From Ptychomitrium polyphyllum (lineage: Eukaryota), in assembly GCA_973851085.1 (NCBI GenBank), contig OZ316775.1, positions 12,400,001 through 12,464,000 of the forward strand: a DNA stretch of 64,000 bases, written 5' to 3'. How positions within the stretch are numbered: position 1 is the stretch's first letter; the number at the start of each line of letters is the position of its first letter. The translations under genes and the position numbers were made by a program. This document shows positions 1-12,400 of the stretch, in pieces. A model generated the notes under the pieces. The model was not told the origin of the DNA, made no database searches, and worked only from the letters and a program-made list of their open reading frames with translations.

Positions 1-2958
1 CCATGCAAATTCCTTGAGTATTTTATGTATCTTTGTTGAAATCCTACAATAAGTTATATATACTAGAAAGGGTCGTTTTCCCACCTCCTCTGGTGGAAAT
101 CAATAATGAAATGGAATATGAAGTTGAAGAGATTTTAAATTCATGCATAAAAAACGAACGTGTGGAGTATCTTATACATTGGCAAAGATATGGCATCAAT
201 AGCCAAACATAGAAACCTTCAATGAATATAACAAATGCATTTGATAAGGTATGCAAATTTTATCAAAGATATACTCAAAAACCAAGTCATTGATGATGTG
301 TTATGATAAATCAATAGCTGTTAACTTTTACAAAGAAGATTTTTCCATAGACGAGTGTAAGAAGGAGGCAGTCATATCCAACCTTCAATTGTATGCAACA
401 TTATTTCCAAAATATATAATTTCTAGATCGTAGTTAATGTGCCAAAGCTTGTGTTTATCATAGATATGCGTGAAGAGCAGCCGGCTATTATAAACCAAAT
501 AAACCTCCATTAATAGAAGGAATTTTATTTTATACAATCCTACTTGTATATGTAAATATTTATGATGCGTTGTACTCTAATTGAAAATTGCCTAATTGAT
601 CTAACTTCTTAATTGGATAAAACGCTATATATTTAGGGTAATGTTGATGCTATTGCAAAAATTACAGTGTAATAGCATATGGGCAACTATATTCTTAAAT
701 TATTTACTAGTTATTTAGCCAAGATCTTGCAAATCTCAGCTTTTAAATCGTCGTTTCATTTCTAAGAGGCAGCAGACTCCTGGTACTAAAGTATTTGCCG
801 CCGCCATCTTTGTGGTTTAAATCTTTAGATCTTAGATTTTCAAAAAACTAGAGTTCATGCGGCTTTTGCAAAATTTAATATTGTAGCAATTGGCCTTATT
901 ACTACCATAATGTGCCTTGCCTAATTTGGGCTTACAAGACTGCCCAACTAAAAGACACCTTCACTTCAAAGGGTTGTTATTTCTTTTATGCTTCTTTAAA
1001 TTGAGCATTCTTTAGCTTGTTGATGAACTTATAACTCCTTCTATTAACCCTTCAAATTTCAATTATTAGAGTTGCACAATGAAGGACTATTAGGTCAAAA
1101 TCCGAGCCCTAATTGTTGTTGTTTTCTTGCTACAATGTTAACTTTTTTTGCATAACATCAAATCTCTTCCTTGCTCATAACCAACTCCTATTGGCTGAAA
1201 ACTAATTGTGTCAACTGACTCCCAAACCTATTTGAAAAAATCTGATTTTTAATACCTAACTTCAAACCTCAACTTCAAACCCCAATTTCAATACCAAATT
1301 CTCTTTGCTTTTTGAACAAAAACCTCTCTTGCTAAAACTAATGGTGTGCTTCCAACTAAACTTTGCTTGAAAAAAATTCTCTGCTCTATGTTTCTTTACT
1401 TCCCCTTTTATAGGGAACCTCACTACCCTACTCCATTTCTATTGGCTGCTGAAATTTCTAAGCCACTTGATTCTAAGCCATACTTTAACTTACTCCTAAA
1501 TGTAGCTATTGATTGTTATGTAGCTATTGTTCTAAACTTAATAATTGTTGTAAATTTAATTACTATTTTAACTTTAGCTATACTCCTAGATTTCATCTAT
1601 TATTCTAAATACAGCTAATATTCTAAATTTAATTATTTCTAGACTTGGGCAGTTGTTACCAATTTAACAATTGTTCTAATTTCAACTATTTTCTAAATTT
1701 CAGCAGCTATTCTAAATTAAACTAATATTTTATTTTTATCTATTATCTTAAATTTAGCTATGTTCCTAAGCTTTAGCTACTATTTTAAATTTTAGCTACT
1801 ATTTTAATTAGTGGTAATCTTTTATCTCATTTTCTCACTTATTCTTTGTCTAATTTTGAGAACTTGTTCATATTCCTTTGATTTTCTCTATTTATTAGAC
1901 TTAACCACCATAGGCCATCAGCGTTTGCCCAAATTACACTAAAATCTCTTTAAAGTTCAACTACACCCTTAATTTGGCGTTTTGGCACTACTTATGTCTA
2001 ATTCTATTGACAAATATTATTTTTTAATAATTTTTAAGAGAAAAAATCATAATGTGCTAATTTCATAGCTTACAACCAAGCCTTCTTTAATGGCAACATC
2101 TATCAAACCAATTCAACTTTTTCAACCTTCAGCACCAGAGGATCTAAGACAAGATATGACAAAGGCACTTCAACGTTGAGTGCAACTATATATAAAAGTA
2201 TTGGCTAGTTGTCCTTTACACTCCAGTCTTGATTCAAATGCTCAAGCTCTAATCATCTTATTAGAAGTTGGAAGAGTCACTACTAAAAAACCAAAGATTT
2301 TATTTGGAGGATGTTTTGATGGACTTAATTAAGATCAAATTTTTGGTTGGAACATTTCAACAATAAAAGTCTTAGTTGGTGGTCATTGACTTTTGTAAGA
2401 ACCAATTGAGCGAGTGGACAAAGAAAAACAAGCAGAATATGTTGTTTCTCTTTTTTAACAAATTTTGGAATTTATGGGGATGTAATAAGTAAGTCACAAT
2501 AAGAACTCCTCATGGAACTTGTCACTAAAGGAAGAGGTGATGTCATGGACATAATTCATGCAACATAATTTTTATAATCATTTAGAACCTTTTGATATAT
2601 TATAACAGCTTCTTAGAACATTCTCAATGCTTCCATAGCCATTCCAATTTTTGGGAAATTTCTTAAGAAGATTCCACCTCCTTATAAAAACTTCTTAAAA
2701 AGATTTTGTAGACTTTTAGAATATTTTGAAGCTTCATAGGAAGCTTTTTAAAAAGTATCCTAAGAAATACAAGCATCATAGTATAAATAAGAGGCAAAAT
2801 AAGGTATAGCATAGGCTTGCCAATATAAGTTGTGGATCATATAGTATGGTGCCCTTGTTCCAGTCTTTGTATCAATTCTTGTTAATTAATAGCTCTTTAG
2901 AAGCTCATTATTGGAATCTCCTTTTTATTTGGTTGTTTGTTAATTTTGTCTCTTATGG
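1..2958 (+). mobile_element. 3' part of a decayed Ty3/Gypsy chromovirus: integrase C-terminus plus chromodomain (1-293), 3' internal region, PPT and 3' LTR (2541-~2958)
   Basis: The frame from nt 3 reads VFYVSLLKSY...EYEVEEILNS...VEYLIHWQRYG with stops and parallels 32382-32675. Purine tract aaaggaagaggtga precedes TGTCATGG at 2541. The LTR sequence matches 27947-28394, 33260-33698 and 36438-36946. Confidence 0.85.
1485..1810. repeat. Degenerate ~18-bp tandem repeat
   Basis: Recurring units such as attgttctaaacttaata / attgttgtaaatttaatt / tattctaaatttaat. Confidence 0.55.
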
Positions 2959-3611
2959 ACTTCACATATGCTTTTGTTAATATGTTTATCATTGTGAATG
3001 GCACAGCTATTTGTACTCTAAGTAGGAGAAATGTGTTTTATAAAAGCCTTTAATGGAATATATTGGCTATATCATTTTAAGTGAAATCGGTAAAATGAGT
3101 CTATAGAAGGTCAATGCATTAAGCAGTTGGAGAAGCCACAATCATTATATGATGTTGATTGACTTTTTAAGTTTTTCAAATTTCATACAATCTTCATTAA
3201 GATCTATGCACAAACAGCTGCGCTATTCACCAAGGAATTTTTGTAGGACTATTAAGACATGACCTTAATGCTTATTTGGATTCTTTGAGCTAATCAAGCT
3301 ATCATTGAAATTTCAAATGATAACTTCATCAAGGTACTTGCAAAATGTATCATTCATTAAATGTTAGAAAATGGCAAGTGTATTGATTTGACCAAAAGGT
3401 ATGACAGTATATTCAAAATGTCCATGTCTTGGTTGGAATGTTGTTTTCTAATTGTCTTCTATTTTAATGGGCAACAAGTTGTAGGCTCCTTGCAAATTTA
3501 TTTAGGTATAGATTTTTGCTTAGCAAAATTGATCAAGAAATCTGAATAACAACAATAATGGATATTGGTTCTTTAGTGTTTTTTTGTTGAGGCCGCGATT
3601 GTTATAGACAC

Positions 3612-4035
3612 TGTAATGACAAGGCAAGAACTCAAGACTTTAAAACTTTAGAATGTGGTATAAGGTATTTTCAAAGAATATCAAAGGCAAAAAGCTGTAA
3701 TAAGGTATAGATTTAGGCCTAGGAGTTGTGAGTTAGACTACAAGAAATGCATTGACGAGACTAAAGATTTCTTTAGCCTCAATTTCAATATAAATCAAGA
3801 CTACAAGCCTTGAAAAATTCTTGAAAAGATTCCAATACAATGCTTTATATCCAAGCATCCTTGGAATATTTCCTTAGAGATTTCTTTAGCTAAGGAAAAT
3901 TCTTTAGAAACTTCTGTAGTCAGGATAACTTCTTTGACAAATTCTTTAAACAAAAAATTTCTTTTGATGTTTCCTTGGCCATTTCAGATATTCTAGGAAC
4001 TTTTCTAATAGCTTCTAATATATATGCTTATGATA
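3612..4035 (+). mobile_element. Decayed solo-LTR-like repeat (family shared with 37017-37363)
   Basis: Starts TGTAATG. Shares tagactacaa...gactacaagcctt...ttctaatat(a/g)tatg with 37017-37363. Boundaries are approximate. Confidence 0.55.
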
Positions 4036-6559
4036 GTGGTAAGCAGCTCACATTTGTAAAGATCTTCTTCTTTTTTTTCACAAAAAACTATTCAAATATC
4101 AGAAAAAGATTTTAAATGTCAAATGAAGTTCTTAACTAAGTTTTCATCAATAAACTCTTTTAATGCCAAAAGCTTGTTTAAAATCAAATTATAGATAAGT
4201 CCAAATGGTGGTTTATTGATGTTTTAGAAGTCAATGGCACAATTGTAGAGACAATATTTAAATACGGTGCTTGCAATTTAATTTTTAAACACATCCTAAA
4301 AGTCCTTGTATTTTTTAAGAATAGTTGATAATGAAAGCACTTCTTTCAGCATTGAACTTGTATAGATAACAAAAAAAATGCCAAGTTTTGCAGCTCTATT
4401 AAATACTTCAACTCTAATAAAGAGAGGCTTTACAAACTTAGATCTATGAAATGCATGAGTTTTTTTTCTAGGCTTGGTAGTTACAAGATCTAGTGTTGCA
4501 AATTCTATATTACAAAATGCCCAATCTATATGTGGATTATACTTTTTAAGCCAAAGGCATTCTAAAGTGATGGAACTTGATGTAGACTTAATGGCATTTA
4601 ATACAACTTGGCTTTGATGTTATTCAATGTTATTTTTAATGAGGTGGTATCATAAATTACATCTCCAAAAGACATAAATAAGCCAACTATGACTTCTACA
4701 TGGATGGACTGAAATTTTTTAATAAAAAAAATCCATGGACTTTCAAAAATTCCCCATCAATAAAACAAGCAAAGGCTTTTAAATCCAACAGAGCAAGAAT
4801 TTTGAATTTATGAACATCCAAAAAAATTACATAATAAAAATTAAAAAAACTAATGAGTTAATAATACATAGTTTTCATTTATTTGCAAAAGAAGCAAATT
4901 GAGCTACACTGTTTTGTTTTTATTATAGCTAGAAGTCCTTGTTTTTTTGTAAAATATTTGATACCATGGTAAAACTCTTCATTTGGTTTATGCAGTAAGA
5001 TTTCTTGGATCAATTTTGAATTTTGTAGTTAACTGGAATGCCATAAAAAAGGCACTAATTTAATTATGTAACGACTAAGTAAAATGCATCATTATTAAAA
5101 CTTTTGAAAATGCAAGCTTAGGACACTTGATTGACACGCACAAGATTGAATTGCTTAAAAAAAAGATCTTATATACAAAAAACAATCTAATATAAAAATA
5201 CATAGAAAAAAACTAAAAAAAAGCACAAGAAAGGCGTAGCAACTCTATAATTTACTCGCAATTCAATCCATCTTATTATAAGATGATAGCAAATCTTGCT
5301 GCAGGCGATCAATCATTGTAGATGAGACATTAATACAAATAAAAAAGGCAAATACACCATGACACTAAAACATTTAACTTTTTGTTTAAAAAAAAAGTCT
5401 ACTGGTAGAAATTCATTAGGGCGTATTACTGTTTTTCATTGAGGAGGTGGATAAAAACAATTGCATTGAAATACAAGCCTTGCTTCCTTCAACTCTTTTT
5501 CTTGTGTTTGGTAAGGAATTTGAAGCAAGTTTCATCAATATGCATAGCTTATGCTTTCAAATACTCAGTGAAGGTGGATGCAGTGAAGGCTATTAAGAAA
5601 TTGGTATATGGCTGCAGCTTAATTAAAGCTTGCTTATATTATTGACATTGAAATAAATAGTTGTTGCATTTTAGAACTTTCTTGATGCCTTCATTAAGTG
5701 TGTGGAGATTTGGCATGGACAACAATAAAATTTTAACCTCATGACATACATTACATTGAAACTATTGCATTAAAGCTTTTTCTTCCCATTAATGTCACAT
5801 ATAAGTTGCAAAATTCTAGTGCATAAATTAATATCAAACTTAGATTTTGGCATAGGGCACAAATTTTAGTAGTTGTCAAATAAAACTTGTCAAGATTACC
5901 AAATGTTTCTGTACATGCAGCTAGGAATGCATCAAAGTTATTAAATATAGAAGAATTCTTCTCAAAAAGTGGAACAAACTAAGACAATGTTTATTTAAGA
6001 GCGATGTTCTTGTCAAAATAACATGTGAACCATCTGTTGAATATTGTTAAGGTTAGAGCAAGATAATAAGTCGAATTTAATTTACTAAGCCTTGAAATTT
6101 TGAACTTATATTGTCAAACTTCTTTTAAAAGTTGGTTCTTAGTTCCTTTGCTCTTAACATTAAATTATTGGACTTCTATTAAAGCAAGTCTAATTGATGG
6201 AAAATTTAGGATAATTTGGAGTATCAATTGAAGTGTTTCTATTATTTAACCGGGACTTTGAGAAGCAATATATTAAAAATTTTGAGTAACATATTTTGGT
6301 TGATAGAAAGAATTAGAGGAATAATTTGAATGTGAGATTTGACAAATGTATAATTAACAAGATAAATAAGGTGTATATTAAATTTTAAGTTTTAATTCAA
6401 AGTTATAAGGGAGATATAAAAAGTAAAAGTGGCAAAAATCAAAATTCCATGGCAGTGTAGAGAAAACCGAATTATATCATCTTGTCATTTTGTTAAGTGA
6501 CTAGTAGCAACCAGAGGCCTGGTACTTTCTCCAGGCAAGCTTCATCATCACAACAATGT

Positions 6560-6905
6560 TATGGATGGTAATTGCACACCAAAACGACAATGAATACATA
6601 GCTACGCATGGCAATTGCAAGTGGTGATTGCTACTAGAGATAAAATGAGAGGAAAAATTGGTTTAAAAGGGAGGCTACACTTTAAATAGAAACTATATGT
6701 ATATAGAGATTGTAGGTGGAAGTTACAGGTGGTGATTGTACGTAGAGACAATAGGTGAATGTTGCGGATGGTGAATATAAGGTGTCAATTAAGTGGCAAT
6801 TGCAGTTGGCAATTATTGGTAGAGATTATAAGTGGCAATTGTAGCTAACAACTATAAGTAGCTACTACGGTTAGCAATTGTGGATGGCAACCAAAATTAC
6901 AATTA
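6560..6905. repeat. Degenerate ~12-bp minisatellite (consensus near GG(C/T)(A/G)ATTG(C/T)AGGT)
   Basis: Runs such as gtggcaattgcagttggcaattattggtagagattataagtggcaattgtag. Confidence 0.5.
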
Positions 6906-9479
6906 TTACTAGACAACATGTCAGTAAATGACACCTTATCTATTAACTTAGATGAGGTAAATTTTATTTGCCTTTATTTGGTCAATGTCAAGATTGACTT
7001 ATTAAAGTAGTCTAACTATTAGATTGTCATGATGAACATTGAATTTGACAATCCTATATATAATGCTAGCTCATATTTATAAAGTACATGATTTTATAGT
7101 ATTTGAATTTATTAAAGATGAAAGAAGTAAAAGTCATAACCTTATTGTATAAGATAAGTCTTTAAATAAACTAAATACTTTTATCAGATAATACTCTAAA
7201 AATATTGCATATTATTGAATCAAATAGGTGGTTGCTTAAAAGAACTTGATATTATATTGATCAACTTTTTGAATTTATTTAAAGTTCCAAAAATTGTTTT
7301 ATCTACAGTAACATTTTTTTTTTAATATTGAACATCTAAAATTGTACTTGTTGATAAGAAGAAAAATTTATTTTAAATGTTGTATTTTGAAAGATAATTA
7401 TATTCTAATTTATCAACAAAAAACTAAAAACATTTGCAATTTTTTTTTAAAAAAATAACACAACAAATTGCTAAATTATTAACAAAGTTAACTTTCTTTA
7501 CTTCAAAATCATTCCTTTAGTTTCATATTTTTTTCCACCTTAGTTATATTTATAATTAAAACTTATATAATAAAATAAAAATATTTCATTTATTTTTTAT
7601 CAATTCATTAAGAACACAAAATTAAAGGCAAATATTTATGCTCCATTTTCTGATTCATAAAAGTTTCTAATCTTGTATTGAAGATTGTTAAATATTTATA
7701 AATTTCTATGGTTGAAATACAATTTGAAAGTTAAAATGATAGTTTCAAATACACCATATTAATTTAAATTTAACTAAAATATTGAAAAGAAATGAAATTC
7801 TCCTAAGATTTGCATTATGTCAAATTTTTACTAATAAAAATTAAACTTTGGACCTTTGATTTTTATTTATTTATTTTTTAAATCATCCATGACAAACAAA
7901 TATTTCTTTGAAGTCAAGATTAAACTGATCATTAATATTCATATTACCGTTTTGGCTTAAAATATGCCCATGCTTGAAGTAATTTTTTGATGGACAATTG
8001 TAGCAATTTAGCTCATAAGGTAGAACCATCCAAAAGTAACACATATCCAATATTACTAGTATAATGGAATGTACTTGATTTTTTGTTTTGACATCTATAA
8101 TCATCTAATACGTAGAAATTTTAGATTGTAATTTATATTAGGTGGTTCTATTTTATTACAACTTGTGTACAATTATATAACAAATTAATTGCATCTACAA
8201 ATTAATGTTGGTACAAGTTATCACACAATTAAAAAACATCAAAATATTAAAAGTAGAAATCTAATGCCTTATAGGAACTAGAATGAATTGTTGGTGATTT
8301 ATAACCATGCTTTCAAATAAGACAACTTGCAACCAAGTAAAGATGAATATGTTTTCAAAATAAATATTTGGTGTTATTTATTTGAAACATAATTGGATTA
8401 ATCAACTTCTTTTAAATTTGATTTTATCAAGACCACATTACAATGTTACACTAATATAAAGGTGGCCTTTTTGGCCATGAATACTATACCAACTTATGAA
8501 GCACAATGTTTTATCCTTGTTCTATAAAGTTATGCTCCTTCCTTCACTATTACATACAATTACTTCACATTGATGACCTCATGTATGCTTTTGATAAGTG
8601 TATGAATCACTATTAAGCTCTAAAGTCCATTTAAGAAAAATTCATGGCATAGATTTTTAAACAAATGTATAAGTATAATTGCTTTTAAAACATCTATTTA
8701 ACTTCTTAATAACCCTTTTTAATAGATCCCCATATATGTACATATTTACTTCTTGTGAAGATATGAAATGGGACAGAGCTCAACTCAACAGACTTAGTTA
8801 CGGGCAAATTCATCTTCCACAAAGGTTCAGCTTAACTTACCTGGTTTACAAGCTGGTATTTTCTGGAATCTGTAATGACTAGTAAGGTGCATTAATCTAC
8901 TTAGGATCGATAAAAATTCACAGTGATCATCACCACAGTATCACATTCAGCGATCACGCGTTGTGCAAGGTCATTAAGACATTCTACTTTGAGTTGCATG
9001 CAGGGTGGACTACTGCTTCTTGGGAACTTGAGAATAATGACATTCATATGAGAAGCTTACATGGTGGACAGTCTTTGACCATGTACGTCAATTAATGGAA
9101 TATTTTGGACGTTCTGTGAAGATGTAATATGTATTCCAAGCGAATCCATTGGGAAGAACTGTAAATCAATACACTCTCTTGCGGTTAGACAGTTTCACCT
9201 ATATAATACATACATTTGTCAGCAATTGGGAAGCCTGAATAGGGGGAGGTGTGAGAAGGTGTTGGGTTGAGTAGCAAGGGTTAGCCTTTCCGTGCAGGTC
9301 AGTGTTGTGAATATACTTGCCCAAATGAACATTTTAAAACCACGTAAGTTGAGTAACGATCTGTGGTTAGGTCCCCAATCTTCCTGTGGTCTTTCCTTGC
9401 AATCCTTTCTTATCCGTCGGATGTTAGTCAGATTCTTCGCACAAGTCTAAATTCGCAATTGTATGTACAACGAACTTTG

Positions 9480-12400
9480 TCATTTGCAAGAACTCAGTAG
9501 AGAGTTGATAACATGTACGACAAGCCTCAGAGTGACTTGCTCTGACGGATCCTTCGAAATCCCCATCTGGTGATGGCAATTTTGGAATGCCAGATCCAAG
9601 AATGAATGCATATGCGGGCCTATGACAGGGTCTCTTGGATTGAGAACCAAAGTTGCTTCTTTAATCCATCGAAGTTTATGCTCTGTATCCCTCGATAAAT
9701 CAGATGATAGCTGCTGGACTAGCGATAGGAGCACGCCTTGGCTTACAGGAAGTGGATCCGCTGAAAGGAGGGAAACAGGATCAAGCTGGCACAGACGATC
9801 GAAATATATGAGGGCCCAAGAAATTATCGGAAACTACAGAAATTCAACATCGACTAATACTGTTATCACCTACGGGGTTGCAATAAATAATGCTGAAGTT
9901 TCAGTTCGAACCACAGAAAAGTTACACAAGGGTTGGGAAAAAAGAACGTTATAGCAGCAAACCTGATTACACAGCCAAAACACGATTTGCAAATCACCAG
10001 CTGTTAAAGCTTTATTAAATGCTTCCTCCAGCATCCCCCCACGGAGCAATCTGTTAAGCTCAACTGTTGGGTCCAAGGACTTCTCTATGCGCCGCAACGA
10101 ATGCACCTGCTATTGATTCAGATCAATTGTGTTAGTCTACCTGTAACAGGAATGCGGTTCACAACTACTGAAATTGAAGAGAAACATGTGGTTAGGACCA
10201 ACTATAAAGTAGCAGTTATGCCTGCTACTTCGTTTACAGTCAACAAATTCTTCGATCCGAATACAATGAAAACAATCAGGAAATGATCTTTGAGTTACAC
10301 AACCTTGTCGGGCAAGATATCTTTGTGCTGGTGCACCTCCCCAATTGCACCCGCTGACTTCACAAGTCCCAAAAGTTTTGTCATGCTCTGAACAAGTCCA
10401 TCATTCAAATCCTTAGCAAGAGATGAGGCCCCTGCAATCAAGTCCTGCATCCCCCATTCACAGCACCCAGTCGATAAATTATGTTAAGATTAAAACACTT
10501 TATGCTTGATAACAACTACCTGCACTAACTAGATCCCTTGGATTATAAGAGACATATGCCTGGAACATAACTAAACGAAATATTCCTTGTTGCACATGAG
10601 AGAGTTCATGGAAAAGGTCACCAAGAAATGAAAATACTGAAAATTAATACAGAAATTCTCTGAAGAAACCTGAAGATTGGTCGCAAGAACAGTATGCGTT
10701 GATGCGAGTTCTCGTTCAACCTGGGAATTGTGCTCAATCATTTCCGTTTTAAAGACACTGTTAACTCGATCAAACATAGTCCGACAAGATCGCTCAAATG
10801 CTGGAATGATCAAGGTCTCAAAACCTGCACGAATCCCGTCCTGAAATAGCAATCGTGTCCACATTATGTGAGGTAACATCTAGGGACAGCTCTGCCGAAA
10901 AGCCACATTGGTATTATTAAATGATATCAAAACACAATTTCACCAAGTAACAACCATTTGCTAGACCTTTAATCAAAGACACACATATCAGATCATAATC
11001 AGATCATAATGATCTCCAAAAGGAATTAAGAGCCTGAAGTTTAGAGTTAAATATGTCATGGAATAGTGATTGCAAGCATGACAATCTTACTTGCAATGCC
11101 TGCTTCCCAGAAGTCTGAAACTGGAATTTGAGCTGCTTGGTCATGGTTGCTTCCAGCTTAGAAAGTACCGTCTTTTCCATCTGAGGTATCACTTTCTCAT
11201 TGAGACTCTTCTGTGCACAAGCCCATCCAACCACGCAAACCTCGTCTTAGTTTCCATTCCGGTAATCAGACTTGGACTTTCTAGCAAGCAATTACATAGT
11301 TGCAACTTAATTTACTGCATTATAAGATATTACAAAAGCATCAGGACTACTCTTATTCCAGGTAATAAGGCGAAAGATCTCTCAGACCATTGGAGACGTG
11401 AAATTCCTACATCACTGGCAACATAGGATTAACCTGAAAACATTCCGTAAGAGCAGCTGATACTGCATTTTGAACAGGAACAACCAAAGTCTGAGCAACA
11501 TTAGCTCCAATAGCAATGACTTCCTTCTTGAGACCATGCTCTAAGGCAGCTGGCAAATCCTTGGCTGAAAAGTCGTTAAGAAGTGAGGTAATTTGCAACA
11601 TTCTTTCGCGCTCTTGCTTTTCCCTTTTGGCATTCTCCTCGGCAAGCCGCACCCACATGGAGTCGGAATTGGCTTTCATGAGTTTCTCCAACCGTTGACC
11701 TAGAGCCCCTTCAGACATATATCAAAGACCAAAATTGATAGTATCAGGATGCTAAGTACACAAAGGATGTGGTAGAATTTTGCATGCCCAAAACAATCGA
11801 AGGTTAACTTTCCAAAAATATCCACCAGATTTCTGTCTGCTGATAAACAAACATAAGAAGTCGTGAACACGGATGAGACCTTCCAATCTTTTGCCTTCCT
11901 TGGCAACCGGATTTGCCACTGTCGTAATAATTTGCTTCTGCAGCTCCTTCTGCATTTCAATCAACTGAACAGAAACAACCAATGGTACTTCAGCTCCTTC
12001 ATTAATGTCAGGATCTTACTTAGCATATCAGCTTATTGCTTCTTTTTCAGTAGAGTAAAAGGGCTTCGAATCGAAGTGATGACAGAAGTTAGATAACCAT
12101 ATGGCCGAAAATCACAGTTAAAAATTCCTATATGTATATTATCTGCTGTGCCGAAGGATATTATAAGCCATTGCATGGCAGAATATGATGACCATTTTTG
12201 TCTGCGACTGTCGTAAATATCCTTCAATGTTCAAAGCCTTATAAACAGTATGTTGTATATTATATTTTCATAGTCCATTTCCAAATTCATAATAAATATA
12301 ATATCGACAATATGTTGATTGTATTAGTTGATACAGTATATGAAATACAATTCATTTATCTTTAATAGAAAATTGTAATATAAGAGCATAGCACCGAGCA

